Positions 19,987 through 30,796 of a stretch of DNA of 64,000 nt are shown here, one piece after another (positions within the stretch are counted from its first letter, which is position 1; every line of letters starts with the position of its first letter). The notes beneath the pieces were generated by a model, which did not search any database, was not told where the DNA came from, and was given only the letters and a program-made list of their open reading frames with translations. Location: positions 6,400,001 to 6,464,000 of the forward strand of contig OZ240241.1 in the NCBI GenBank assembly GCA_965198115.1. Reading direction: 5' to 3'. The position numbers were made by a program, and so were the translations under genes. This DNA comes from Candidatus Latescibacterota bacterium (GTDB lineage: Bacteria > Latescibacterota > UBA2968).

Positions 19987-20190
19987 TACGGCTCCTTTCT
20001 TCTCGGCACCAGGCCGAGAGCGTGCTTGGCCGGTGTCTGGACCCGAGCATTCGGTATATCGCTCAGCATGCCCGAAACTCACAGACCCTCTCCTCGAGTT
20101 CTTTTTTGGGTGTTATCCAGATCTTTCGTTAAGGATGAATGATAGAAGCACACCTCACGGATGCCGTATGTGCCTGCAGGTATGGTTCTG

Positions 20191-21333
20191 TCAGCCGGTC
20201 CCTCCCGCGGCCATCGTCAACACCCGTCTCAGCCCGTCCGCGACGATCCGATCCTCTCCGTCGTTCAGCGTGTGGACGTTGACGTTCAGCGTATCCTTCC
20301 CTTGTCTGAGCACTCTGATTCTGGGATTCTCCGCATACAGCTCGTCGGCCACCTCCTGAGCGGTCTTTCCCAGGGTCGCAGAATCGAGCACGACGTGCAG
20401 CGTGACGCCCGGGTGCCTTGACACTTCCACCACCTTCGCTTCCCGTATGTTTGGTGCGCCTTCCAGCCCATTCAGAATCGTGGCGAATTTCGTATCGTAC
20501 TCCGCGAATCGAGCCTCGTGGTCCATCGAGAACCACTCATTCAGACCGGTCACGACGCCGACAATATCCTGCCGGTCCAGCTTCATCCCACGGCCGAGCG
20601 GACGCGCAGTCGCAAACCCGTGCCTGGCTACAGCCTCAACAAGGTCCTTCCTGCCGCACACGAACCCGGTCGACTGCGGCGCGTTCATATACTTACCGGC
20701 AAAGCAGACCAGCTCGGCCGACTGCGCCAATTTCTTGAAATAGTCGAGCGGAAAGATCCGCGAAGCAGCATCCACGATTACCGGAATGTCGTGCTTACGG
20801 GCGATCGCCACCGAATCCTCCAGGGAAACGACGGCGTCGTCTCCGTCCGGCTGCACGTAATAGGCGAGCGCGGCCGTGTTTTTTCCCATCGCTGATTCCA
20901 ACTGCTCGGGACTGCACCCGTCAGCATCCCCGACCTCCACCAGCTTCCCGCCGCACACGGTGTAGCACCGATCGAAGCCGTAGCGTTGCCGTGTCTGAAG
21001 GAGGATCTCATCTTTCATCCCCGTGGTATCCGGAAGCCGTCTGAGCTTCTCCGGATCATTCCGCGTGATGCAGGCCGCCGTGCTCAGAGCAAGGGCGGCG
21101 TAACATCCCGTCGTGACGTAGGCGGCTTCAACACCAAGGACATCGGCGATTCTTGCTCCCGCCCCTTCCAGCAGTTCCTCGATCTCTGCCCAGTTCTTTT
21201 CGGCTGCCTCCATCGCCTGCTTCACTGCTTGAGAAGGCGTGGACCCTCCCCATCGTGTCGTGCTGCCCCCGGCGTTTATGACGGGGACGACCCCGAGGTT
21301 CTTGTAAACTTCACTTCCAAGACTTTCACCCAT
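20191..21333 (-). CDS. SelA/DgaE-like PLP-dependent enzyme
   Basis: VINAGG, VIVDAA, FAGKYMNAPQSTG, GRGMK. Confidence 0.8.
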   Translation of the reverse strand: MGESLGSEVYKNLGVVPVINAGGSTTRWGGSTPSQAVKQAMEAAEKNWAEIEELLEGAGARIADVLGVEAAYVTTGCYAALALSTAACITRNDPEKLRRLPDTTGMKDEILLQTRQRYGFDRCYTVCGGKLVEVGDADGCSPEQLESAMGKNTAALAYYVQPDGDDAVVSLEDSVAIARKHDIPVIVDAASRIFPLDYFKKLAQSAELVCFAGKYMNAPQSTGFVCGRKDLVEAVARHGFATARPLGRGMKLDRQDIVGVVTGLNEWFSMDHEARFAEYDTKFATILNGLEGAPNIREAKVVEVSRHPGVTLHVVLDSATLGKTAQEVADELYAENPRIRVLRQGKDTLNVNVHTLNDGEDRIVADGLRRVLTMAAGGTG

Positions 21334-21455
21334 CGCCGCCTCCTGCCTTTGTATCACGCACGTCTGTTAGGATTTCCGTTTCGGAAAATACGAAGGCTGT
21401 GACCGGGAGCAGTAAAGTGTATCAACCCAAGAATTCATGTCGGTAATGCGTTGCG

Positions 21456-22487
21456 TCATTTGCCTACGACCACGAGCGCATCATTTTGCTTACGAAATTG
21501 TGTTTCCCAGGGTGAGGATAGCGATGCGACCGTGTCCGCAACCCTACGCCACTCTGGGCTGTCGATCGAGGGTAGCCTGGGCTGGCCTCGTTCGTCGCGA
21601 CAGACGGGGTGGAGCGATACTTCGCTGACCATTCCCGAAGCGATTGTCGCGAGAACGAGAAGCCCGTCGGGATGTCGATGGGCCATCTTCTCCCAGCCGA
21701 ACACGAAGTTTCCGAGGCTGTAGAAGATCGGCTTTCCCGCGTAGATTTCGACGCCCTGGATCACGTGGGGATGATGTCCGATGACGATGTCGGCACCGGC
21801 ATCAATCGCAGCGTGTGCGATGTCGTGCTGGTAGGTGACCGTTTCGGAACGACCCGAAATCTCCCAGTGAAAGGACATCACGACGACGTCTACGCTGGAC
21901 CGCAAGGATTCGATGTCGGCCTGTGCGGCATCGAGTTCCTTCTTGCTAGGCCAGGTGATGACGTCGGGGGGCGCCCCGGGCATCTCGAGGGCTCTGCGGT
22001 GTGGACGGTAGGCCGAGTGGGCCTTGATCGTGGCCACTCCGGGTTGACCGGGTTTTGCGGCGTGACCGGCCGGCCAGAAAACAGACGTGTAGGCAAGGAA
22101 ACCAAAACGGGTGCCGTCCCGCTCGACGATCGCTGGCCCCCGGGCTTCGGCTGGATCTCTCCCCGCGCCGGTATGGGCAATGCCGAGACGATCGAGATGG
22201 CCGAGTGACTCGAGTATGGCCTCCGCACCAAACGTCACGTTGTTGGCGCATCCTACGGCGTCGAAGCCGGCCACTGACAGCCCATCGACGCACGTACTCG
22301 AGGGGTGAAACCAACCTTGCTTGTAAGGCAATTCGACGGTGGGATCGGAATAGCAGCCCTCGCAGTTTGCAAAGCGCACGTCCGCTTCGTCGAAGGTTTC
22401 CTGCATCTCCGAGAACAGGTCACAGGGATCGTTGACGTTCCGCAGATTGACGTCGCCGACTAGGAGCAGATTCAGGGGGTTTGGCAT
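21456..22487 (-). CDS. CapA family metallophosphoesterase-like protein
   Basis: VGDV, ANCE, ANN, HW, IGHHPHV, YSLGNF. Confidence 0.85.
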   Translation of the reverse strand: MPNPLNLLLVGDVNLRNVNDPCDLFSEMQETFDEADVRFANCEGCYSDPTVELPYKQGWFHPSSTCVDGLSVAGFDAVGCANNVTFGAEAILESLGHLDRLGIAHTGAGRDPAEARGPAIVERDGTRFGFLAYTSVFWPAGHAAKPGQPGVATIKAHSAYRPHRRALEMPGAPPDVITWPSKKELDAAQADIESLRSSVDVVVMSFHWEISGRSETVTYQHDIAHAAIDAGADIVIGHHPHVIQGVEIYAGKPIFYSLGNFVFGWEKMAHRHPDGLLVLATIASGMVSEVSLHPVCRDERGQPRLPSIDSPEWRRVADTVASLSSPWETQFRKQNDALVVVGK

Positions 22488-22614
22488 CTTGTGAGATAAA
22501 AGATGTTCGGTGTTCCTGCCATCGCTGCTCACGCAGCTTCGGCTCTCGCCCCTTGGGTTACAGCGGGCAAGTCGGCGAGCAGGCAGTGTTCGGGAAAATT
22601 TTACATAGCCGTGT

Positions 22615-24555
22615 CTATTCGTCCCCAAGTGCGGTGTCATAGCGGACGACGCACGCGGCTATGACGATGTCGATGTCTTCTTCGAGCAGATAGCGGTCGG
22701 CGACGAGTTGCTTTGCGGCGGCTTCGATGCGCTTCAGATAGGCTTCGCGATCACGATAGCGGGTCTCGAGCGAGCAGCGCTCGTCGGACGTGCATTGATC
22801 GGTGTCAGTGGGGGCAAAGAATCTGGAAAAGCCCTGCATCGGGATGATCTGCTCGGGTGCGCCCGTCTCCGGATTGCGCGGATTCCAGCCTGTATGCGTG
22901 CCGACCGGAACGGCGATGTCGGGCAGCCTGATGCCGGCGACCTCGTTGCCGTCATCGTCGACGGCTGACACGAAGCAGGGATAGGTCCCTCCCTCCTTCG
23001 CGGGATACTCTCCGGCCCCTTTGGCCGCATCGGAGCCCAGGTCGACTTCCCGTACGACCCACAACCTTTCGGATCCACCTCATCCAGGCCGCATAGGACG
23101 TCGCTTCGCGGTACGGCCGTTCCGTCGTCGAGACGCGGATGCCGGTTCGGGGGAGGAGTGACGCCCTCGGATGCCCAGCGATCGAGGTTGACGAGCGCGG
23201 CCCTCAACAACGGGCGATAGTCGATCACGCTGAATGCGTATCGGCCGCTAGCACCGTCAGGCCCACCACCTGAAGCCTGGGGGAGCGTGCCTGCGCCGTG
23301 CTTGCGTTCCGGCGAAGTGATAGATGCGACTCGAGTCGGCGGGTCCCAGATCGGTTTTCCCGTCAGGGCTGATGTGGAGGAAGGATCCGTCGCCCCGCCA
23401 GTATTCAGCTGAGGAGTTGGTATAGACGACCTTTGGGACGGTCTTCGACTCGCGCACCCGATCGAGCAGGCCTTCGGTACGCCCTGTCAGTGGATCGTCG
23501 GTCGGGTTGTCTGCGAACGGGAAGAGGTGACCGAAGCCGGGGGCGGACTGCTGCGACGGCTGCGCGAATCGGTGGTTGAATTCGCCTCGTCGTCCGCCGG
23601 CGACGTGGGGCAAGAGGCCGTCGTAAACGAGACGGCCCTCTTCGTCTTTATTGAGACCTTCGTAGAGGAAGTGGCGAAGCAACCTTCCGGTCTGAGAGAC
23701 GCCGTATCCGTAAACGTAATCGTACCCGTTCTCGACCGGGTTGAGGTCGGAAGGATAGCGGAGCCAGACTCCCACGTCGCGGACGGCGAGAAGTCCGGTC
23801 CCGACGATGGGGGCGCCTTCCGCGGTATAGACGATGTAGTAAATCTGGCCGGGTTGGAACCCCGACTCCAAGTAGACGTGCTCGCGGCTTGGGGCGATGC
23901 CATTTTCGGTGGCCTGGGCGAAGCACCAATCACTTCGTGGAATGACCGTGTCCGGTCCATCTTCCCAATCTCTCACGACAAGCTGGGCGTCAGAGGTGTC
24001 GGAATCGGCGACGGGAAGAACCTGATGAATCCGGTTTGCGAGAAGCCGGGTGTGTTCGACGACATTGGGCCGAATCTCGACAACGGCCTGTCCGCGGACG
24101 GGTTGGCCGTCGATCTCTGCGTAGGGCGCTTGGAGACCCAGCAGAATCTCGCTGCGGTAGACGTCCCATTGCCAGCCTATCGAAACGACTGAATGGCCCC
24201 GTTCGAACAGGAAGCCATCACCCGGTGGGATTTCCCACGCGTCCTCGGCGTTGTCGACGCGGTTGAGGGTGTTGACGACACGTTTTCGACCCCGGTTAAC
24301 GACGTCGACGATGAGCCGGCTCTTGCCGGCCGAGTTCTGCGGATGGAGGAGGGCGAAGTCGGATTGGAAACGGACACAACCATCCCCGTCGCGTGGCGCG
24401 AGGTCGAGGTCGACGATGGGCCGATTGGCAGAATGGCTCGGATCGACCGCGCAGGTGATGATGCCATCGATCCGTTCGTACGAACCGGTTTCGCCGAAGC
24501 GGTGACCTGCCTGGTAGGATTCACGATGGGTGATTTCGACGTCGATGACGGCCAT
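22615..24555 (-). pseudogene. Alpha/beta-hydrolase domain protein (Abhydrolase_10-like) with two frameshifts
   Basis: DVVNRG, GVSQTGR, NHRFAQP, SSAEYWRG, AGTQ(H), VDDDGNEVAGIRLP across ORFs 23257-24585, 22734-23228 and 22615-23064. Confidence 0.8.
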
Positions 24556-24642
24556 CGATAACTCGCTCCCGTGACAGGGGGACATCTTCGGTGGACGACT
24601 CGGCTATGTCAGTCGTAGCCAGAAGTTCTGCCACGATGTCAA

Positions 24643-25662
24643 TCAGGGCGTGGGTGCATCCTCGCGGATGAGTCCTTCCGACTTGAGGTCGGACCATAGA
24701 CCGGCAGGAATGTCGTACTGGGACCAGGCGATGTTGGTTTGGACGTGTTCGGTTTCGAGGGCCCCTGGGATGATCGAGTTGACAATGGGATGGTGCAGCG
24801 AGAATTGAAGCGCCGCAGCGCCGAGAGGCACGTCGTGGCTTTTGCAGACGTCCTGGATGCGTTGCGTGCGGTCCAGCACGTCGGGCTCTGCGGGCGCGTA
24901 GCGATAGTAGGCTCCTTCGACCGCCCCCGTCGCGAGAATGCCGGATGCGAAGGCGGCCCCGATGACGATCCCGGCGCCCTGCTCCTCACACAGGGGGAAC
25001 TCCAGATCGAGCGTGTTCTGGTCGAGCAGGCTGTAGGGCATTGCGACGATGAAGAAGTCGATGTCGACATACTTGAAGAATCGTGGAATCATGCCTTCCT
25101 CATTGATGCCGGCTCCGATGCCCTTGATGCAGCCACTGGATTTCAGTTCTTCCAACGCGCGCCACCCGCTCGTGTAGAGTTGTTCGAGGTAAGCGGTGAC
25201 GCGCTCCTCCGTCTGGTTGAACAGAAAGTCGAGGTCGTGGATGAGGAGGAGGTCCACGCGATTGACACCGAGCCGCTGGAGGCTGTCTTCGTAGGATCGC
25301 ATGACACCGTCGTAGCTGTAGTCGAATGTGATTTCGAACGGGAGTCCGCCGGTCCAGAAGTCGGATTTCCAAGAGGCGAGATCCTTCGTGGCGGTCAATA
25401 CACGGCCGATCTTGGTGGAGAGGACATACTCGTCGCGTGGCTGTTCACGAAGCATATGGCCGAGGCGGTGTTCACTCAGCCCGTGGCCGTAAAAAGGTGC
25501 TGTGTCGTAGTAGCGAATACCGCCGTCCCAAGCGGTTTCGAGAATGCTCTGGCACCGTTCTGGGCTCACACGTTCGAAGAGTTCGCCCAGCGGAGCGGTT
25601 CCGAAGCCGAGCTGGGACACTATTGCCGAGGTCTTGCCGAGTTGTGATGTAGGAATGGACAT
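24643..25662 (-). CDS. Aldo/keto reductase (aldose dehydrogenase-like)
   Basis: GFGTAPLG, YYDTAPFYG, LSTKIG, LIHD. Confidence 0.9.
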   Translation of the reverse strand: MSIPTSQLGKTSAIVSQLGFGTAPLGELFERVSPERCQSILETAWDGGIRYYDTAPFYGHGLSEHRLGHMLREQPRDEYVLSTKIGRVLTATKDLASWKSDFWTGGLPFEITFDYSYDGVMRSYEDSLQRLGVNRVDLLLIHDLDFLFNQTEERVTAYLEQLYTSGWRALEELKSSGCIKGIGAGINEEGMIPRFFKYVDIDFFIVAMPYSLLDQNTLDLEFPLCEEQGAGIVIGAAFASGILATGAVEGAYYRYAPAEPDVLDRTQRIQDVCKSHDVPLGAAALQFSLHHPIVNSIIPGALETEHVQTNIAWSQYDIPAGLWSDLKSEGLIREDAPTP

Positions 25663-25753
25663 TTGGTAAACCCTGTTCAGTGTTCGGTGTTCAGGAAACC
25701 CAGAATGCGACCGTGATTTTTTGCGTCACGGTGGTTCGATCGTTTCGCAAGAG

Positions 25754-26720
25754 TCAGGGACGGTAAGCCCAGTCGACCAGGGCCTTCATATACCCGATGG
25801 CGTAGGCGCGCCCGCGATGACCCCAGGGTGTGTCGTCGACGATCTTCGGTACGTGATCGGTGATGAGGAATTCGGTGAAATCGGCATCGCGCAGGGTGGC
25901 GATGACATCGAAGGGGTCGACGCTGCCTTCGTCGATGAAGCACTCGTTGAAGCAGGGAACCTCGCCCTGTACGAATCGGAAGTGGACGTAGGCGATACGT
26001 TCCCTTTCGGCGAAGTGCTTGATGGCGGGAATCGCACCTTCCGCGCCCATTTCGGACCAACATCCCATACAGAAATCGAGCTTGTGATGCGGGCTGTCGA
26101 ATTTGTCGATGCCTCGTTTGAATTGATCGAAGTTTCCGAAGATTCGCCCGACGCCACCCAGGGTTGGGACGGGAGGATCGTCGGGATGGAGGGCGAGCAC
26201 GACGCTGGCTTCTTCGGCAACAGGCAGGATTCGCTCCAGGTAGTAGTCGAAGTTCTCGACCATCTCATCCTGTGAGAATTCACGCTCGTGTGAGGGTGGC
26301 GCATCTTCGTGTTCGGCCATATCGAAACGGGTTGCACGCGCGCCACCCCGCAATTCGGCGAGGGGCTCGGTTCGCCAGACTTTGTTGGGCATCCAGTGGT
26401 AGCCGAGGACAGGAATGCCGGCTTTGCCCATACTTCGGATGGTGTTGCACATATGTTGGATCTGCTCGTCGCGTCCCGGGAGGTTGAGCATAATCCGTTC
26501 GTAAAAGTGGACGGGCACGTTCTCGAGCGCCATCAGTCGTAGCCCCGCTCCATCCGCTTTTTCCTTCAGCGCCTTCAAGTCCTCATAAGCCCATTCCTCG
26601 TCACCCGGCAATCGCGGTGTGTTCATCAGAAAAGTCGTCGGCCCCCATCTGTTTGATGAAGGCGAGCATTTCGTCAGTGAGCTCCTGGAATTGCCCAAGA
26701 CCGACTCGCATTCTGTCCAT
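25754..26720 (-). CDS. uxuA: Mannonate dehydratase (UxuA) family, N-terminal frameshift
   Basis: LALHPDDPP, FCMGCWSE, VHFR, FIDEG, TDHVP, GYMKAL; real N-terminus MDRMRVGLG is in another frame (extra T at ~26632). Confidence 0.8.
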
Positions 26721-26906
26721 TCTTCTACCCTTTGTGTGAAAACCTTCGCCACTCCTCGGACGCGCTCGGGACAGCGACGGACGCCGAGAAAGAACAAGAT
26801 AGAGTGAAAGACTTTCGGATGCGTAGACTATTCGGACGGCTTGGTAGGATGACGAGCGAGACAGGAAGATTGGGACTGTCGTCCTGAGTGGACGGAACGC
26901 TTCAAC

Positions 26907-28509
26907 TTAACGTACGATCAACAACAGGGTGACATCGTCGATGGGTTCCGTGTCGCCACTGAACTTCGCTACAGCTTCGGTAATCCGAGCGAGGGTGATG
27001 TCACCAGATTCCTCGAGTGCGTGGGTCAGACGGTCGATGCCGAATTGATCGCCCTGGCGGTTCTGTGCGTCGGTCACGCCGTCGGTGTAGACGAGGAGTC
27101 GTGATCCGGATGAAATGCGAACTCGTTCGGACTGCCACTCGAAGCCATCGAGCAAGCCCAGGATCGCGCCGGCCCCCGGTAGTGGAGAGACTGCATCGTT
27201 CTGACACACGAGCGGTGCCTCGTGTCCGGCGATCACGCAGTCGAGGGTGTGTTCTTGAGGATCGAGATAGCCGATGAAAGCGGTGAGGAACATTCCCACG
27301 GCGCCGGACTCGGTGCGGAGTCGATGATTGACCTGCTTGGCAAGTAGCCCGGGATCGTCGTGGTTCAACGCTTCCGAGCGAATGATTGATCTGGCCATTG
27401 CCATATAGAGTGCAGCGGGCGCCCCCTTCCCAGACACGTCGGCCAGCAGGATACAGAAACGGCCGTCGGACAATTGGAATACGTCGTAGAAGTCTCCGGC
27501 CACCTCACGGGCGGCCTCCCAATGCGTCTGGATTCCATACCCGGGGATCCTTTCGAACTCGGTCGGAAGAAGACTCCGCTGAACCGCCTGAGCCATTTCG
27601 AGTTCGGACGCAAATCTCCGCCGCTGTTCTTCCACCTCGTCGAAGAGTGCTGCCCGGTCGAGAGCAGCGGCGATGTGCTGTCCCGCCGTGGTGAGAAGCT
27701 GGAGGTCCGCGGCATCGAGGATTTCCCAACGATCCGTCGCGATGTTGATCAGTCCGTGTGTCTGCTCCACACCCTGAAGTGGAACGGTTGCGTGGAAACG
27801 TAGACCTTCCGTATCACCCTCCGCTCTTGCGGCGTCCATCAACCTCGAACACTCGACGGCATTCACGGCGCGTGAAAGACGACCCGTATTGAGCAAGTTC
27901 TGACAGTAACAGGTCGGCGCTTTGCATAGAAAATGACAGTCATCGGACTCGAGACCGTTGGGCAGCGCGCAGTGATCCGCGAGACGATACCCGTGTGGAT
28001 TTTCGGTTTCCGATCCGGGATCGGGTACCGACTCCAAAAAGCCCCAGGCTGTTTCGAGATGCATCACCTCGACCAGGATTTCCAGAGCCGTTTGCATCAC
28101 GTCGGAGACGTTCGCGGCTCGGTTGACATAGTCGGCAAGTGCGTTCAGAGCCTGTAGACGTGCGACCTCGGCGTCGTCACCTTTGAACTGGGATTCCCTT
28201 CTCTTCGTTTCTTTGAGAGCCCAGCAGTCGAGGAAATGCGTCACCCTCGAAAGGAGACTTCTTGATGTGCCCGTCGGCCGCCAACTGTGTGTAGAGCGAA
28301 CGGATGGCATCCAGTCGTAACTGGAGGGCTTCGGTGCCGTCTTTTGCGAAACGACGTTCCAACAGATACGATCGAATGTCGACGTCATTCGGGTAGGCGG
28401 CGACACCCGCGGACGGCCGCGTCATCCACCAGTCGGCGAAGTGTGCAAGAGGCTCATCCGCCTCGGGTCGATCGGCGCAATGTTCCGTGATGATGTCCTG
28501 CAGTTTCAT
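26907..28509 (-). CDS. SpoIIE/RsbU-type PP2C phosphatase with GAF domain and N-terminal integrase SAM-like domain (frameshift at ~28212)
   Basis: AGDFYD, ADVSGKG, YTDGVTD, DDVTLL; GAF HATVPL; N-terminal DIRSYL...RLDAIRSLY...GHIKKSPF. Confidence 0.8.
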
Positions 28510-28731
28510 CGATTCACTATGACCTGTGTCATTCGTTGCGCGTGAAAGGTTCGTCTGCGAGAATCCTGTAGGGATCCGGACATGAAATCGTTGGGGCGAA
28601 AGGTGAATAAACCTGTTCGATGCGGTAGAGAAGATACCGAGAAAACACGTCACGCGATATCAAGGCGACCGCTGGTGGAGGACCCCACTCGTAGTGTTGT
28701 AGAATAGCTCGTTCTTGGCTACCCTTCTTCT

Positions 28732-29913
28732 ATGCCCACGAACTGTGCAAAGAGTCTGAGATGGATCATTGTCTTGACGGCCATCACCATGACTGTCGCC
28801 CCAAACCCGTTAACCGCTCAGGATTTCGACGGGAACGGATCGGTTGGGTTCGAGGATTTCCTCCTGTTCGCGACGGCTTTCGGGTCGACCGACCCGGCGT
28901 TCGATCTGGATGGGGACGGACAGGTCGCGTTCGGGGATTTTTTGGTTTTCGCCGACGCGTTCGGCTCTGCTGGTGGAACGATACCGTCGACGTGGAACCA
29001 GATCAGCTCGTCCGGAGTGACACCGCTGGGCCGGTTGGATCATACGATGATCCTGGATTCATCACGGTCGCAGCTGATGACGTTCGGTGGGCGCCGAAAC
29101 GTCGATCTGGATGACACCTGGATCTACGATCTGGCGAACGACTCGTGGCGGGAGGTAACGTCCTCACCCAAACCGGACGCAAGGCGGGGACACGTCGCGG
29201 TTTACGATGCGTCTCGCGATCGCGTGGTGATCTTCGGAGGCGAAGATCTGAGCGGACGTTTCTTCAACGATACCTGGGTCTTCTCGCTGGCTACGGAAAC
29301 GTGGTCCGAGATGAACGTGGGTGGATCGTTCCCGTCTCCACGATACGGGCTCTCGGCGATTCTGGATGCGCAGCGCGATCGGATGATCATATCCCACGGG
29401 TTCACGAACAGTGGGCGATTCGACGATACGTGGGCGTTGGATTTGGCCACGTTGCAATGGTCACGCTTGTCGACGCAGGGGTCGACGCCGCAGGCGCGTT
29501 GTCTGCACGACGCCGCATTTGATGAAGCAGGAGATGGAATGTATCTGTTCGGCGGTTGCTCCTCGGGTGTCGGACCGTGTCCGAGGAACGACCTGTGGAG
29601 ATTGGATCTGGCGACGACGGCGTGGCAGGAGGTTACACCGACTGAGTCACCCGATGCCCGGAGCAACCTTCGTCTGGCGTGTCGGGATGACGAGTTCTAC
29701 CTGTTCGGTGGTGTGGGCAACTTCGGAACGAACGATGTCTGGCGCTATGCGTTCGGGACCGAGGCGTGGCGTCTGATCGACACAGAAGGCGAACTACCGC
29801 CCGGAAGGTGGAGTACGGCGATCGTGTGGGATGCGGTTGAGAAAAGGATGATTGCCTTCGGCGGTACGAATGGTGCGGTGTGGTATGATGATCTTTGGGA
29901 GCTTAGAGAGTAG
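28732..29913 (+). CDS. Secreted Kelch beta-propeller with N-terminal dockerin/EF-hand-like domain
   Basis: Signal peptide, DFDGNGSVGFEDF and DLDGDGQVAFGDF, six FGG...DTW Kelch repeats. Confidence 0.85.
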   Translation: MPTNCAKSLRWIIVLTAITMTVAPNPLTAQDFDGNGSVGFEDFLLFATAFGSTDPAFDLDGDGQVAFGDFLVFADAFGSAGGTIPSTWNQISSSGVTPLGRLDHTMILDSSRSQLMTFGGRRNVDLDDTWIYDLANDSWREVTSSPKPDARRGHVAVYDASRDRVVIFGGEDLSGRFFNDTWVFSLATETWSEMNVGGSFPSPRYGLSAILDAQRDRMIISHGFTNSGRFDDTWALDLATLQWSRLSTQGSTPQARCLHDAAFDEAGDGMYLFGGCSSGVGPCPRNDLWRLDLATTAWQEVTPTESPDARSNLRLACRDDEFYLFGGVGNFGTNDVWRYAFGTEAWRLIDTEGELPPGRWSTAIVWDAVEKRMIAFGGTNGAVWYDDLWELRE

Positions 29914-29943
29914 AGAACATTAGGAAATGGAAATGCGGTAATT

Positions 29944-30735
29944 TCATAATTGCAGTACCAGGCTTCCTTCGTTCAGGCCCTCCAATTTTTCAATATTGGG
30001 GCGCCGGTCGAAGAATTGATTGGTGTCGTGAAGAAAAGCGTATTTGCCTCCACGGTCGCAACCCTTCTCGAGTGCCACCCTGTTGATTTCCTCGATGTTG
30101 TTGTAGCCGCCCCATAAAACTCCGTTCTGACAGTAGGACGTGTCGATGAAGTAACGTTTGAAGGTCTGTCCGCCTGGTTTGGGACGACGACAGTGCTGCA
30201 CCGCGGAATGTAAGATGATGAAGGAGCCTGGCGGAAGGTCGTCGTAGGTCCTCGACCGGGGAAGATCTTCGAATTCGAACTGACGGAATGCGTCACCGTT
30301 CATGATCTTCTTGTGCGATCCAGGCAGTACGAGCAGGTCGCCTACCTCACCGTTCAACCCATCCAGATACATAAAGACGTGGACCATCAGGTGTGACCGG
30401 TTTGTTTGTGGCGTTTGGACGTAATCGTGATGCCACGCGACACCCCGCTCCCCTTCGCCCTGCCAACGGGCGTGGATATGATGGTGCGTGAACTCTTTGC
30501 CGTCCATCAGGTCGGCGACGCGATCGACGACGATGGGCTCGGATGTGAGCATTGCGAGCTCGTCGTAGCTGACGATCATCTTCCTTTCACCCTGCTCCCG
30601 GTCTTCCATCATCAAGTCGACGTCATCTTTGAGACGTTGGTTCAGGTCGTCGTCGAACAGGCCCTCGAAGACGAGATAGCCTTCTTCGTCGAATCGCTCC
30701 AGATCGTCTCGCGTGAGGTGATTCAGATCCGCCAT
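29944..30735 (-). CDS. PhyH-family dioxygenase
   Basis: FDEEGYL, WHHD, LPGSH, HSAVQH. Confidence 0.85.
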   Translation of the reverse strand: MADLNHLTRDDLERFDEEGYLVFEGLFDDDLNQRLKDDVDLMMEDREQGERKMIVSYDELAMLTSEPIVVDRVADLMDGKEFTHHHIHARWQGEGERGVAWHHDYVQTPQTNRSHLMVHVFMYLDGLNGEVGDLLVLPGSHKKIMNGDAFRQFEFEDLPRSRTYDDLPPGSFIILHSAVQHCRRPKPGGQTFKRYFIDTSYCQNGVLWGGYNNIEEINRVALEKGCDRGGKYAFLHDTNQFFDRRPNIEKLEGLNEGSLVLQL

Positions 30736-30796
30736 TGGGGTCCTCGCGTATGTAGCCTGTCTTGAACGAACGTGAGAGGTGGTTCAGGGGGTGGTT

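Noticed and set aside
20191-21333. True selenocysteine synthase selA supporting the UGA finding
   Set aside because: It is short, lacks the SelA N-terminal domain and has no selB/selD nearby; it fits the DgaE/SelA-like group
18349-22487. Poly-gamma-glutamate capsule locus (CapA plus CapD-like GGT)
   Set aside because: No capB/capC in the window; stand-alone CapA and GGT proteins are common
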